A stretch of 64,000 nucleotides of DNA. Origin: a virus. Lineage: Duplodnaviria > Caudoviricetes. Below the pieces are notes generated by a model. That model was not told the DNA's origin. It did not search any database and saw only the letters and a program-made list of their open reading frames with translations. The stretch lies in the IMG/VR virus record IMGVR_UViG_3300014204_000112, positions 32,001 through 96,000 of that record; one strand, given 5' to 3'. The translations under genes and the position numbers were made by a program. Positions 1-11,300 of this stretch are shown piece by piece (the stretch's first letter is position 1; the number at the start of each line of letters is the position of its first letter).

Positions 1-3000
1 TTGTACGTGGCCCTCACGTTTACCATGTTCAGAGAGTTCTCGTCGTATGCCGATGGTAAATGACCAGTTTGAACGCCAAGAACATTATCGTATTCAACGT
101 AACCTGCTTCGATCCAGTATCTTATGTCAGAAGCATTCGCTCCCTTATTCGTACGATACGAGATCAATTGATCTGGGAACGGGCAGTTCAGGAATAATAG
201 GTCTTCGTCCAAGCTTAGATCTGCATTCGACAAAGTGGTCTGTATGCTAGCGATAGTTTCCCTATCGAAAACGTGAACTGGTTTTTCGAACGTGTAAACT
301 GTGTCCACTATTGCCAAATCGAACTCTTCGAAATCGCCAATATCATTGATGAGGTCAATATCAACGATTATGTCATAATCTGATAGACCAATTACGTATC
401 CTTCTGCGTATCCGCCGGAGGCATTCCTGATTCTCAAACGGTTTCCTAATGTTAGGAATGTGTTCGAATAAACGGTCGGGAATAACCAATTTGATGGGCC
501 TGGCCATAATGGGCCGGATGGATTTGGAAATTCTTCATATGAATCGTCGGGCCATAATGATGGGCCGCTTGCTCCTATTCCAGATGGACCGATCCAATAC
601 GGATCGCAAGATGGAGTTTCCCACCATGGTCCAGAAGGACCGTACCACCATGGACCGGAAGGCCCTGACCAGAACGGGCCAGATGGGCCGATCATAGCCG
701 TTTGAACTAGAGCACAGATGCCCAATTTTATTTCTTTTGACGAGATGTCCAGGTCAATTGAACTCGGTAAGTACGGAGTAGCATTGTAAACTCCAGATAG
801 GGTGTAAACGAACTTCAGGATCGAGTGATTCTGTTTGTCCTGGAACTTGGCAGTAGCTTTTACTCTATCTCCAATCACTTGATAACGATACTCTTTCCAA
901 CCTGGTAGATCTGCTGATTCTAAGTAAGCAACCAAATCTTCGGGGGTCTGAATAAGAGTGAAGAATTCGATTGGATCGTATCCTCCGAACTGCATGCTTG
1001 TCAAGTAAGAGTCTGGACTGTCAATGAAAAGATTGTAAAAATCAATGTAGAACCCATCGATGTTGTCACCAACGTATCCCATTTCTGCGAACGTGACGAA
1101 CTTCATATCGTTCAATGTTGCTGGGGCGTAATCCGAAATCGTAGGTTGTCCGTTAGCTGCACCAGTTCCCCACCTGTTCTTTTCTGGGCGAGTGGAGATC
1201 TCATAAGGTTCGAAACCTGTCAACGGATTGTAAATCTTGACGTCGATTTGAGGACTACCTACTCCATAATTCATGGAATAGGTGAACCAATCGAGGTAGT
1301 GTGAATAAACACTCGAAATTGGAGCATTATCCCCATTTATGTTTATGACGGTTGCGAACGGCCTGTACAATGGGCTTTCTCCCAAATCTGCTATCGTAAC
1401 GTTGCTCAAGCTCTTGAAGTCGTATCTTGTCTTATCTTGGATCTTCACGAAAGCTTCAAGAACAGGTTCTTCTGACATCACCGTGATTTTCTTGTGGGCT
1501 GTCGAAGTTCCACCGTGCATGTCATGAACTTTCAAGTCTATGTTGTATTCTCCAGTGTGTGGAAGAATGTGAGGGATCTTATGGACGTTCTCCACCTTAT
1601 CTCTCCATTGGAAGTAGTAATTCTGTGGGCCAGTAATGATCCATTCGATCTCGTAACCGTTCTTGTATCGGATCATTCCTATCGTAAAATGAGTATCGAC
1701 TAAGTTTACGGTCCATCCGGTGCTAGTAGTGAATCCACTAGCAGTGTCAACTTGGACCTTTATTGTGTTTACTGGGTATCCAATTGGTGATAGTTCAGTA
1801 ATGATTCCTTCCATGTACGAAGATTGATCGATGTTCACGGTGATCTTCACACGATTTCCGACCATGAACGATTGAATCGTTGCACATCCAAAATACTTCG
1901 TTCCAGTTCCTATCGTGTTAAGGGTGGAAGATGTTGTGGCTTCAGTAAGAATGAAATCGCCGAAAGTTATTCCGTCGAAGTCCTGTAACTGAAGGTCAGG
2001 AATGTATGCTTCGAGAACTATTGGGCAACCTATCTTTGGAAGAGTATCATCACCGTAATCCAATGGGCTGGTTTCTCCCATGTGATAGTAATCGTAATGA
2101 TTGATGTCTGCATAAAATGCATACACTGCATCCATCAAGTAATCGATTTGATCCGGTGTGTACTTCTGTCCGTCCTGGTAAGGTTCAACTTGACCGAGAT
2201 TGTAAGTTATTTCTGGGAATTCGGAAGTTCCATCGAGTTTTGGGTATAATGTCTTTAGATCACGGATCTTCAAGTTGGTGACAACTGAATCCGGCATTAG
2301 AACTTTTACCAAGTAAGTGTCATTGATCTGAGAAGATTCTACGTAGGTAGTGTCATCCCAGTTCCTAAGGTTGAACTTGCTGAAGTAAATAAACTCTCCA
2401 ATCACGTCTTTAACCACGACATTGATCGGAAGAATTTCCTGCTTCAATTTATTCGAAATTCCGTGCAGCTTGAAGAATATTTCCTCGACGCTGAAATCGG
2501 TAGTCGATTCCACTTCTGGTAAACCGTCTTCGTCTATGTGATCACTAGCTACCGTGAATTCGTAGGCTAATGCCAGGAACTCTGTCTTCTTGAACTTTCC
2601 ACCACGTTTTATCTGGCCGTTAGCATCGACCAAATCTATCTGAGTTGAATCTCCGATATTCATGAGGTCGGTCACGTCTACCGTTGCGAACTTCTTGTAG
2701 TAAAGCGAATTTGGGTCGGTGTCCTGCCAGTATTCCCTTACTCTTAGTACGTCCTTGTACCCCAATAAGCTTAGCAAATTCAAAAGCCCCTTGTACGTAC
2801 CGACATACGGGTACACCTGATCAATACTTACTAGCAGGCCCTTTCGTGCTACGTTTATCTGTTGCCAGTCTGGGAGACCTTCTTTTAGGTCGTAATCCTT
2901 AAGCAACAATGCGTCTTCACGATTGAATTTTATGCCGAAGTTTTCGAGCCATATTCTGTAACGTTCGTCCTCGTCCTCGCCTTCCCCATAGAATGTCATT

Positions 3001-3467
3001 TCCAACACAAGGGTTGAGATAGTGGACGTGATGTAATACAGTTGAAGGACTCGAGTGTAAGATTTTTCCTGAGTCGGAGTGAATGCAACATTGATCTGTA
3101 TTGGATATGCAAGGTCGATGTTTCCTACTTGATTGAAATCGCTATGATTGATTGTGAGTGATTCCTGCTTCTCCAAGTAAATGGTGGAATCTGAGTGAAC
3201 GTCTTCTCTCTGGACTGTGAATAGGAAGAAGTTATCCTTTGCATCGCTGGTCACCCACTTTGCTTCGAACCTGGAGCCAGGTTCCATTTCCGGAAACTTG
3301 TAAACGTCGGGAGCTGTGTTCTCCAGCACGAATATGTTCGAACAGTCATAGAGAGCCAACGAAATTGGTAGAAAGTAATCTGCTCCTTCCCAGTAACCAT
3401 TACTGTTGTAAGTTAGGTTGTACGATTCGCCTTTCTTGTCGAAAAAAACTAAATTGCTAAGATTCAT
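1..3467 (-). CDS. Large (>1150 aa) putative baseplate/structural protein, 3' end outside the window
   Basis: Not in the ORF track because there is no stop inside the window. Manual translation from the ATG at 3467 (MNLSNLVFFDKKGESY...) stays open to base 1. It contains a YVGTYKGLLNLLSLLGY baseplate-wedge-like motif, a PKD-like stretch (GEYNIDLKVHDMHGGTSTAHKKITV) and GPSGPWW repeats. A late promoter lies just upstream. Confidence 0.75.
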   Translation of the reverse strand, partial: MNLSNLVFFDKKGESYNLTYNSNGYWEGADYFLPISLALYDCSNIFVLENTAPDVYKFPEMEPGSRFEAKWVTSDAKDNFFLFTVQREDVHSDSTIYLEKQESLTINHSDFNQVGNIDLAYPIQINVAFTPTQEKSYTRVLQLYYITSTISTLVLEMTFYGEGEDEDERYRIWLENFGIKFNREDALLLKDYDLKEGLPDWQQINVARKGLLVSIDQVYPYVGTYKGLLNLLSLLGYKDVLRVREYWQDTDPNSLYYKKFATVDVTDLMNIGDSTQIDLVDANGQIKRGGKFKKTEFLALAYEFTVASDHIDEDGLPEVESTTDFSVEEIFFKLHGISNKLKQEILPINVVVKDVIGEFIYFSKFNLRNWDDTTYVESSQINDTYLVKVLMPDSVVTNLKIRDLKTLYPKLDGTSEFPEITYNLGQVEPYQDGQKYTPDQIDYLMDAVYAFYADINHYDYYHMGETSPLDYGDDTLPKIGCPIVLEAYIPDLQLQDFDGITFGDFILTEATTSSTLNTIGTGTKYFGCATIQSFMVGNRVKITVNIDQSSYMEGIITELSPIGYPVNTIKVQVDTASGFTTSTGWTVNLVDTHFTIGMIRYKNGYEIEWIITGPQNYYFQWRDKVENVHKIPHILPHTGEYNIDLKVHDMHGGTSTAHKKITVMSEEPVLEAFVKIQDKTRYDFKSLSNVTIADLGESPLYRPFATVININGDNAPISSVYSHYLDWFTYSMNYGVGSPQIDVKIYNPLTGFEPYEISTRPEKNRWGTGAANGQPTISDYAPATLNDMKFVTFAEMGYVGDNIDGFYIDFYNLFIDSPDSYLTSMQFGGYDPIEFFTLIQTPEDLVAYLESADLPGWKEYRYQVIGDRVKATAKFQDKQNHSILKFVYTLSGVYNATPYLPSSIDLDISSKEIKLGICALVQTAMIGPSGPFWSGPSGPWWYGPSGPWWETPSCDPYWIGPSGIGASGPSLWPDDSYEEFPNPSGPLWPGPSNWLFPTVYSNTFLTLGNRLRIRNASGGYAEGYVIGLSDYDIIVDIDLINDIGDFEEFDLAIVDTVYTFEKPVHVFDRETIASIQTTLSNADLSLDEDLLFLNCPFPDQLISYRTNKGANASDIRYWIEAGYVEYDNVLGVQTGHLPSAYDENSLNMVNVRATY

Positions 3468-3492
3468 GCTGATGGTGGCTCCTTTCAATTAT

Positions 3493-4128
3493 TTATTCAA
3501 GGCTACCAGAGTTATCAGATTTAGGTTTGCACCATCCTCCTTTGTTTGGAAGTCCCGCAGCTTTGCGACGAGCATGAGCATCTTTCGTTCTTTGTGACAT
3601 GATTTTCCTATGCTCTTCGGATTTCATTTTGCTCTGAAATTTCTCAGAACTCTTTACTGCCAGTCGGTTGTTTTCCTTATGCTCTTCTGTTCTAGTGAGG
3701 TTTTTATGAGATTCTGACATTTTCTTTTTGGTCTCAACTGATACAGGTGACCTATTGCTTCTTGCAATTATCAGGTTCTGTCGATGTTCGTTGCTCATTG
3801 GTGGCATTTTCCAACCAACTTTCATTTTACTACCATCGTAATTATTACCGCCATTGACTAAATTCATGCACAATGGATCAGATAATAGCGTTTCATTAAT
3901 TATTTCGATTTCTTTGTCAGTTAACGCTTCTCTAGATTCACAGAATTGTAAAATTTCAAGTGAGTGATTGGATTTTCCATATTTCCTAATTGATCTCCTC
4001 AATATTTTACCTGAACCCAGATACGAATCATTCAAGTCAACAGCTGAATGCATACCTATGTAGTATTTTCCAGTTACAGAACATGTAGTTTTGTAAATGT
4101 AATGGTACTTTTTTGCTTTACGTGGCAT
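3493..4128 (-). CDS. GIY-YIG homing endonuclease (Seg-like) with NUMOD3-like DNA-binding repeats
   Basis: YIYKTTC...YYIGMH...YLGSG motif; C-terminal ETKKKMSESHK / EEHRKIMSQ repeats; free-standing. Confidence 0.9.
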   Translation of the reverse strand: MPRKAKKYHYIYKTTCSVTGKYYIGMHSAVDLNDSYLGSGKILRRSIRKYGKSNHSLEILQFCESREALTDKEIEIINETLLSDPLCMNLVNGGNNYDGSKMKVGWKMPPMSNEHRQNLIIARSNRSPVSVETKKKMSESHKNLTRTEEHKENNRLAVKSSEKFQSKMKSEEHRKIMSQRTKDAHARRKAAGLPNKGGWCKPKSDNSGSLE

Positions 4129-4175
4129 ATTACGTTGATTTTATTTCTATTTATCAACGGTTAGGTACAAAAAAG

Positions 4176-4595
4176 TTACAAGGTATAAATCTCAGAATCG
4201 CCAGTAAAACTCAGTGACACGAATTCGACCCTTTCTCCCTTTCCTATGTGCTTATGAATCTTCTTGAATTCCTTTGCGTACCCGTTCTTGACTATCTGCG
4301 TGAAATACGCAAAAGCATTGTTCGATTTTTCCTCGCTGAAGTTCTTCCAGTATCGTAATAGATCTAACAGGGCTGACTGGATGCAATCTTCCTCGTCTAA
4401 CGGATTTGAGAAGTGCAATCTCTGTACTGCCCTATTTGCCAGGAGAACGAAGTAATCAATAGCTTTGGGGGATAGTTCACCAGCTTTATGCTGGTATCCG
4501 GTTTCTTCGTTGAGGTGACCGTACTTGCACCGTATTATCTCGTTGGTGAAGTCTCGGTTGTTGATATAAAATTTGTTATCCTTTGCTTTGGACAT
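4176..4595 (-). CDS. gp55: T4 gp55-like late sigma factor
   Basis: YINNRDF N-terminus and NFSEEKSNNAFAYFTQIVKN motif typical of the gp55 family. Confidence 0.85.
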   Translation of the reverse strand: MSKAKDNKFYINNRDFTNEIIRCKYGHLNEETGYQHKAGELSPKAIDYFVLLANRAVQRLHFSNPLDEEDCIQSALLDLLRYWKNFSEEKSNNAFAYFTQIVKNGYAKEFKKIHKHIGKGERVEFVSLSFTGDSEIYTL

Positions 4596-5265
4596 GGTCT
4601 TGTGGTTGTTTTAACGATTCATGAACTTTCAGAACCGCTGCGTACGCATCGATCATGTCCATGAATGGGGACTTAATATCTTGTCCCTTAATGATCAGAT
4701 CGACATACTGTTCCATAACCGCATGGAGTTGACTGTTGCTTCCGGGGGAGGGGATTGTCAGGAATGCACGACACACGTCGAATTTTCCAGCGTTGCCCTT
4801 TGCCCCAATCGCGTTCTTCAACTCGCCTGGTGAAAATATAAAGACTTTCTCTCCATGTCCCATCAATACCCTGTCCAAAATAGCTTTCCGCATCATGCCA
4901 GTAGATTGGCAGATGTCCAATAACGCATTTCCTTGAGCTCCGTACGATATTCCTTCTATTGCTACTATAAGTCTGTCGTCTCCGGCTATTTCTTCGTGCA
5001 CTGCAGCAACTAACGCGTCAACGAGACGCGAATAGTTCATTAGCTTCGAGCGTTCGATAATCGAGTAAGTTTCTTTTGATTTGTCTCGTGGCTCAAGGTG
5101 AATGAACCTGAAGTCTCTATACTCCAGTTCAATGTCGTCTAAGAATTTTCGGTAAATTTTTGGAATTGAGGTATTGACACACGCTATCCACTTGAAACTT
5201 TTGAAGTCTCTACTGATACAAACAGCTGGGAACTGAATCGAAAAATCTATGCCAATAACGATCAA
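4576..5265 (-). CDS. RuvC-like Holliday junction resolvase
   Basis: IGIDFS...IEGISYG...DMIDAYA acidic RNase-H-fold catalytic pattern. Confidence 0.75.
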   Translation of the reverse strand: MIVIGIDFSIQFPAVCISRDFKSFKWIACVNTSIPKIYRKFLDDIELEYRDFRFIHLEPRDKSKETYSIIERSKLMNYSRLVDALVAAVHEEIAGDDRLIVAIEGISYGAQGNALLDICQSTGMMRKAILDRVLMGHGEKVFIFSPGELKNAIGAKGNAGKFDVCRAFLTIPSPGSNSQLHAVMEQYVDLIIKGQDIKSPFMDMIDAYAAVLKVHESLKQPQDHVQSKG

Positions 5266-5461
5266 TTTTCATGGTAATCATTTATCTTTATTCTACATCA
5301 AATTTTTTTACGGTTTTGAAAAACTATGTGGAGGATTAGTGTATAAAAAGGGTGTTGGGAGGGTGTAGATAAGATTCTAAGTACCTAAGTCTACTAATAT
5401 CAATAAGATATAAAATAAGATTACTTAGGAATCTTAGGACGGGCACGTACAAAAAAATCTT

Positions 5462-5488
5462 AAACCCAAATCACTAGGTGAGTATAAT
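5462..5488 (+). promoter_or_regulatory. Early/middle promoter AAAC-N17-TATAAT (representative copy)
   Basis: Same architecture at 5321, 6213, 15273, 15577, 22575, 26093, 61134 (N17), at 12530 and 33152 (N18), and on the minus strand at 5316-5290. Confidence 0.75.
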
Positions 5489-5505
5489 TTTGAAAAACAA
5501 TCTCT

Positions 5506-6249
5506 ATGTTCACACAAGCACAGATTGAAAAATTCCTATTTTTCGACGTAGAAACGGCAGGATCAGCAAAGAATGTTGATCAACTGTCAACAACAATGTT
5601 AAGGCAATGGGAACACCGTTGCGAGTACTTAAGGGCAATAGCCGATAAGCATCCCGAGAATGCAGCCCTATCGATAGACGAGCTTTTTCAGCAAAAAGCT
5701 GGACTTCAGGCCGAATTCGGCAGGGTAGTCTGCGTGTCTTTCGGCAAGGTCAAATTCAAAGAAGACGGCACCCTCCTAGTACAAATAGTATCGTACGCAG
5801 GCGAGGATGAAGTTGAAATTCTCAAGCAATCTTTCAAGGTCATGAATGGAATGGCGAAGAACGGCGTGAAGCTTTTCGGCCACAACATCAAGAGGTTCGA
5901 CATCCCCTACCTCTGCAAGCGGGCTTTCATCAACTGTATCGAACCGGCCCTTCCTCTTCAGGTTTGGGACAAGAAACCTTGGGAAATTTCCGCCACAGAT
6001 TCATCTGAATTGTGGAGCTTCGGAGCATGGCAGGAAGGATTCACCTCCCTCGAATTGTTATGCACCGTTCTCGGACTCCCAACTCCTAAGGACGACATGA
6101 AGGGCGATCAGGTTCACGATAATTTTTATGTTGGAAACATCGAAGGCATCAAGACTTACTGTCAAAAGGACGTTATTGCCCTCATTCGTGTAGCTTTTCA
6201 GCTTTCCAGCCTAAACCAATTCACAGAATCAGATATAATATTCAAGTAA
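5506..6249 (+). CDS. Stand-alone PolB-related DEDD 3'-5' exonuclease
   Basis: FFDVET (ExoI), GHNIKRFDIPY (ExoII), YCQKDV (ExoIII). Confidence 0.85.
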   Translation: MFTQAQIEKFLFFDVETAGSAKNVDQLSTTMLRQWEHRCEYLRAIADKHPENAALSIDELFQQKAGLQAEFGRVVCVSFGKVKFKEDGTLLVQIVSYAGEDEVEILKQSFKVMNGMAKNGVKLFGHNIKRFDIPYLCKRAFINCIEPALPLQVWDKKPWEISATDSSELWSFGAWQEGFTSLELLCTVLGLPTPKDDMKGDQVHDNFYVGNIEGIKTYCQKDVIALIRVAFQLSSLNQFTESDIIFK

Positions 6250-6261
6250 TACGTAAACCAC

Positions 6262-8255
<1,994 letters not shown>

Positions 8256-8272
8256 GTCAACAGCCATCGACG

Positions 8273-8314
8273 AAGCGATGCCTGGACGGTAAACGTTCAG
8301 GCATTCGCTTTTTT
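8273..8314 (+). terminator. Rho-independent terminator after groEL
   Basis: Long stem aagcgatgcctggacg / cgttcaggcattcgctt followed by a T-run. Confidence 0.8.
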
Positions 8315-8350
8315 AGGACCAGCGATAGATAAAATAAAGGCGAATAGTTA

Positions 8351-11300
8351 ATGGAAGCAGCCGATTTCAAAGAACTTATAAGACAAGTACGTTGCGAGAC
8401 AACTTCAGGTTTGGGATTCACTGAAGTAGATTTGGCCCAGGTGAAAGCTTGCGTGGAACAAGTAAAACCTATTGAAGTCGTTGAATACGCTGAACCTACT
8501 CTGAACATTGCAGATTCAAGTTGCATCCCTGGAGCTACTGCTGAACTTCAAAAAATGCTGGAAGCCCAGCAGGGTCAATTGATCATTGGCATGAAGCAGG
8601 GAATATTAAGGGCAAAAGTCCAGGAACTTCGAGACAATCTCGATACGGTTAAACAGTACTACGATGCTAGGTTCAACCTAATGTCCGAGCTTATAAACTT
8701 ATCAGCTACTGGCGGAAGTGGAGCAGTAAATCAACGAATCCAGAACCTATCGGACCTTCCACCGTTAGACGGAGGCGTGCAGAACCTAATAAAGGAAGCT
8801 TTTGCCAAGATTTCGAATCAGTTGCTGGTGAATTATTCCAATTTTCCTACCAAACAAATTCCTTCTCGTACAGCTACCATCACTTTCCGGTTAATCGGTT
8901 TGAATGGAGTAACCGTAAAACTACCAAACATGCAGACCAATCAATTGGAAGATACTATAGTGAAGGTGTACGATAGCGAGTACTTGAACGTGAACGTCTT
9001 TGCCGATGTATCGTCGTTCGGTTTCGTGAATCAAGATCCTTACAATCCAACGGACAATAAACCTCTACCGAAGGAAGAGTCCGATTACGATACTTTGCCT
9101 GGGTTGTTGTACAACGGAACTCCTGGAATCGACTACGCTGGCCTTTATCGAAAGCTCTCAAAACCATTCACCTACTTGTTCACATTAGAGGAACGCGGGT
9201 TAACTCTAAACGAGGGCCTTATTGATCCAAATCTGAAGAAAATACAGGACGCTCCCACCTCCATGAAAGAAGGGGATGTGACCTACTACATACAGAGTCA
9301 ACAGACATACGAAACGTTCTATGGAAATCTTGAACAGGAATATCCGAAGCGAGTAAAGAAGGAAAAGGAAGAAATTTATCCATCAGTTTGCAAGTCTTCT
9401 ATTCAATCCATTGTTGAGCTCGCTCAGCGCGAGGTTGCAGAAATGTACAGGAGAAATCCATCGTACGAAACGTCTGTTGCCTTAAAATTCTATCGTAGCA
9501 GCAAGGAAGAAATCGATAAGCTCATCAAGGATACTGATGCCCAATTGAAAAAATTGGACGGTCTCGTCAAGGAGAACACGATGGACGAGGAAACGATAAA
9601 AAAGAAGATCCTCGGAATTCCGTGTTTCACCAAAGCTGGCAGCATAGTTCCAGAAACCGATCCATCGTGTGAGGGAGAAGCAAAGAAACATTTAGGAACT
9701 GACCCATTGTACTTAAGGACGATAAATCAATCGGGCGGAGATTACCCAGATTTCACGACTCAATGCTACTGGAAGGAATTCGCGAAGGCATTGAACAGGA
9801 TCTGCTTGCTCCCGTACCCGGATCTGAGTGGACCTCCGCCTTCCAATCTATTATTCAGGTACTGGCCGGTCAATTGTGTCATTCCAGCAGGTCCAGCACT
9901 CGTTCTGTTGACAGTTCCACCAGTATGGAAGCCATTATTCGTTCTTCCTACTCCGTTAGGAACTCTGGTATGCTTCCTAACGATGCCAATCGCACCAATA
10001 GGAATACCTCTCCCTTCGATCTACTTATTTTTCTTGGCTCCAGACGGGACCAAGTACTTGGCATTGGCTGTCAACCTTCCATTGCTGTACACAAACACGA
10101 AGAACTTGATATTCGGATTCGAATTGGACACCTCGTCCGCTTCACAGAATCCATTGGGCCTCAGTCCTACCAATGCTTACAGGGGCTATCCGATAAAGGG
10201 AGCGTACTTGACTCCGCTAAAGGTGAGTGCTTCAGTAGCGAAAGCTACCAGGCTTGCTAACTTGGCAGTGACGATAGCTAGCGGAGAGCAGCCTGCCATA
10301 GAAAATCTTAATGGAGAAAAGCTACCGTTCAACATATCTTACGAAGATTACGCTAACGGTTACTTGAGCGAGACTGAAATGATGCTAGGAATAGTGGATG
10401 CGGTTCCGTCCAAGGAATTCGATAGGACCGTAACGCAAATGAAGGGCCAAATAAACAAGCAGATCGATAAGTTGGGAGACATGCAGACTACTGCAGTTGA
10501 CTCGCTAAGGCAAAAACTGCGTAATGTCAGGGAAGCTGGGGTTACCGAAGCGGAAAAGGAAAAGGACTTGGCGACCAAGCGAATGGCAAAGAGGACAGCT
10601 AGAGCCCTGAATCCAATCACGATAGACGAGAAGATCTCCTCAGTAACTGACTCTTTCAACACGTACATCGATAACATCAAGTTCGGGACCATCCGTTTTC
10701 CAAAGGATGCGACTAAGAACAATCCAGGTCTACCAGAAGCATTGACTGCAATATTCGATCTGATAACTCTTGGTTCTGTTGGCGACCTGAAAATCGACGA
10801 AAGTGCTAAGAGCTTGAATGCTCAGATAAAGAAAGCATTGGCAAGGATAAACGTGGAAGCTTTAACCGCAAAGACGGAGTTCGATCTTGACGTAGCGGAA
10901 GACGTTGCTGAACTGAAAAGTACGTTGACTAAAATGGTCGATAAGTGTCTCGCTTATTTGAAAGGAGATACTGTCGATTTCGATTTGAGCACGGCGAAGA
11001 CAAAGGAAGAGGAACAGGAAATTCTCAAGTCGAGCAGAGCTATACAGGAAATAGCTAGGGATGCTTTGACTTTCACCGCTGTAGCGCTAACAAATCCCCC
11101 TAAGATAACACTTTTCGATTTGTCCAAGAAATGTTGCGAGGTAAAACCAGTCGCAGTGTTCTCCGGGGTTCCACCATTGGTTTCGATGGCATTCACAGTT
11201 CTTTCAGCTCTGATGCAAGCTATCATTGACGAACTATCGGTTGAAGCTATAGTTGGATTCGTCGGTACGAGCAGTAGGAAAATAGGAATATCGTTCGTCA

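Noticed and set aside
47-3460. Short plus-strand ORFs in the track over 1-3460
   Set aside because: They are shadows of one long minus-strand ORF (3467 to beyond base 1) that the track omitted
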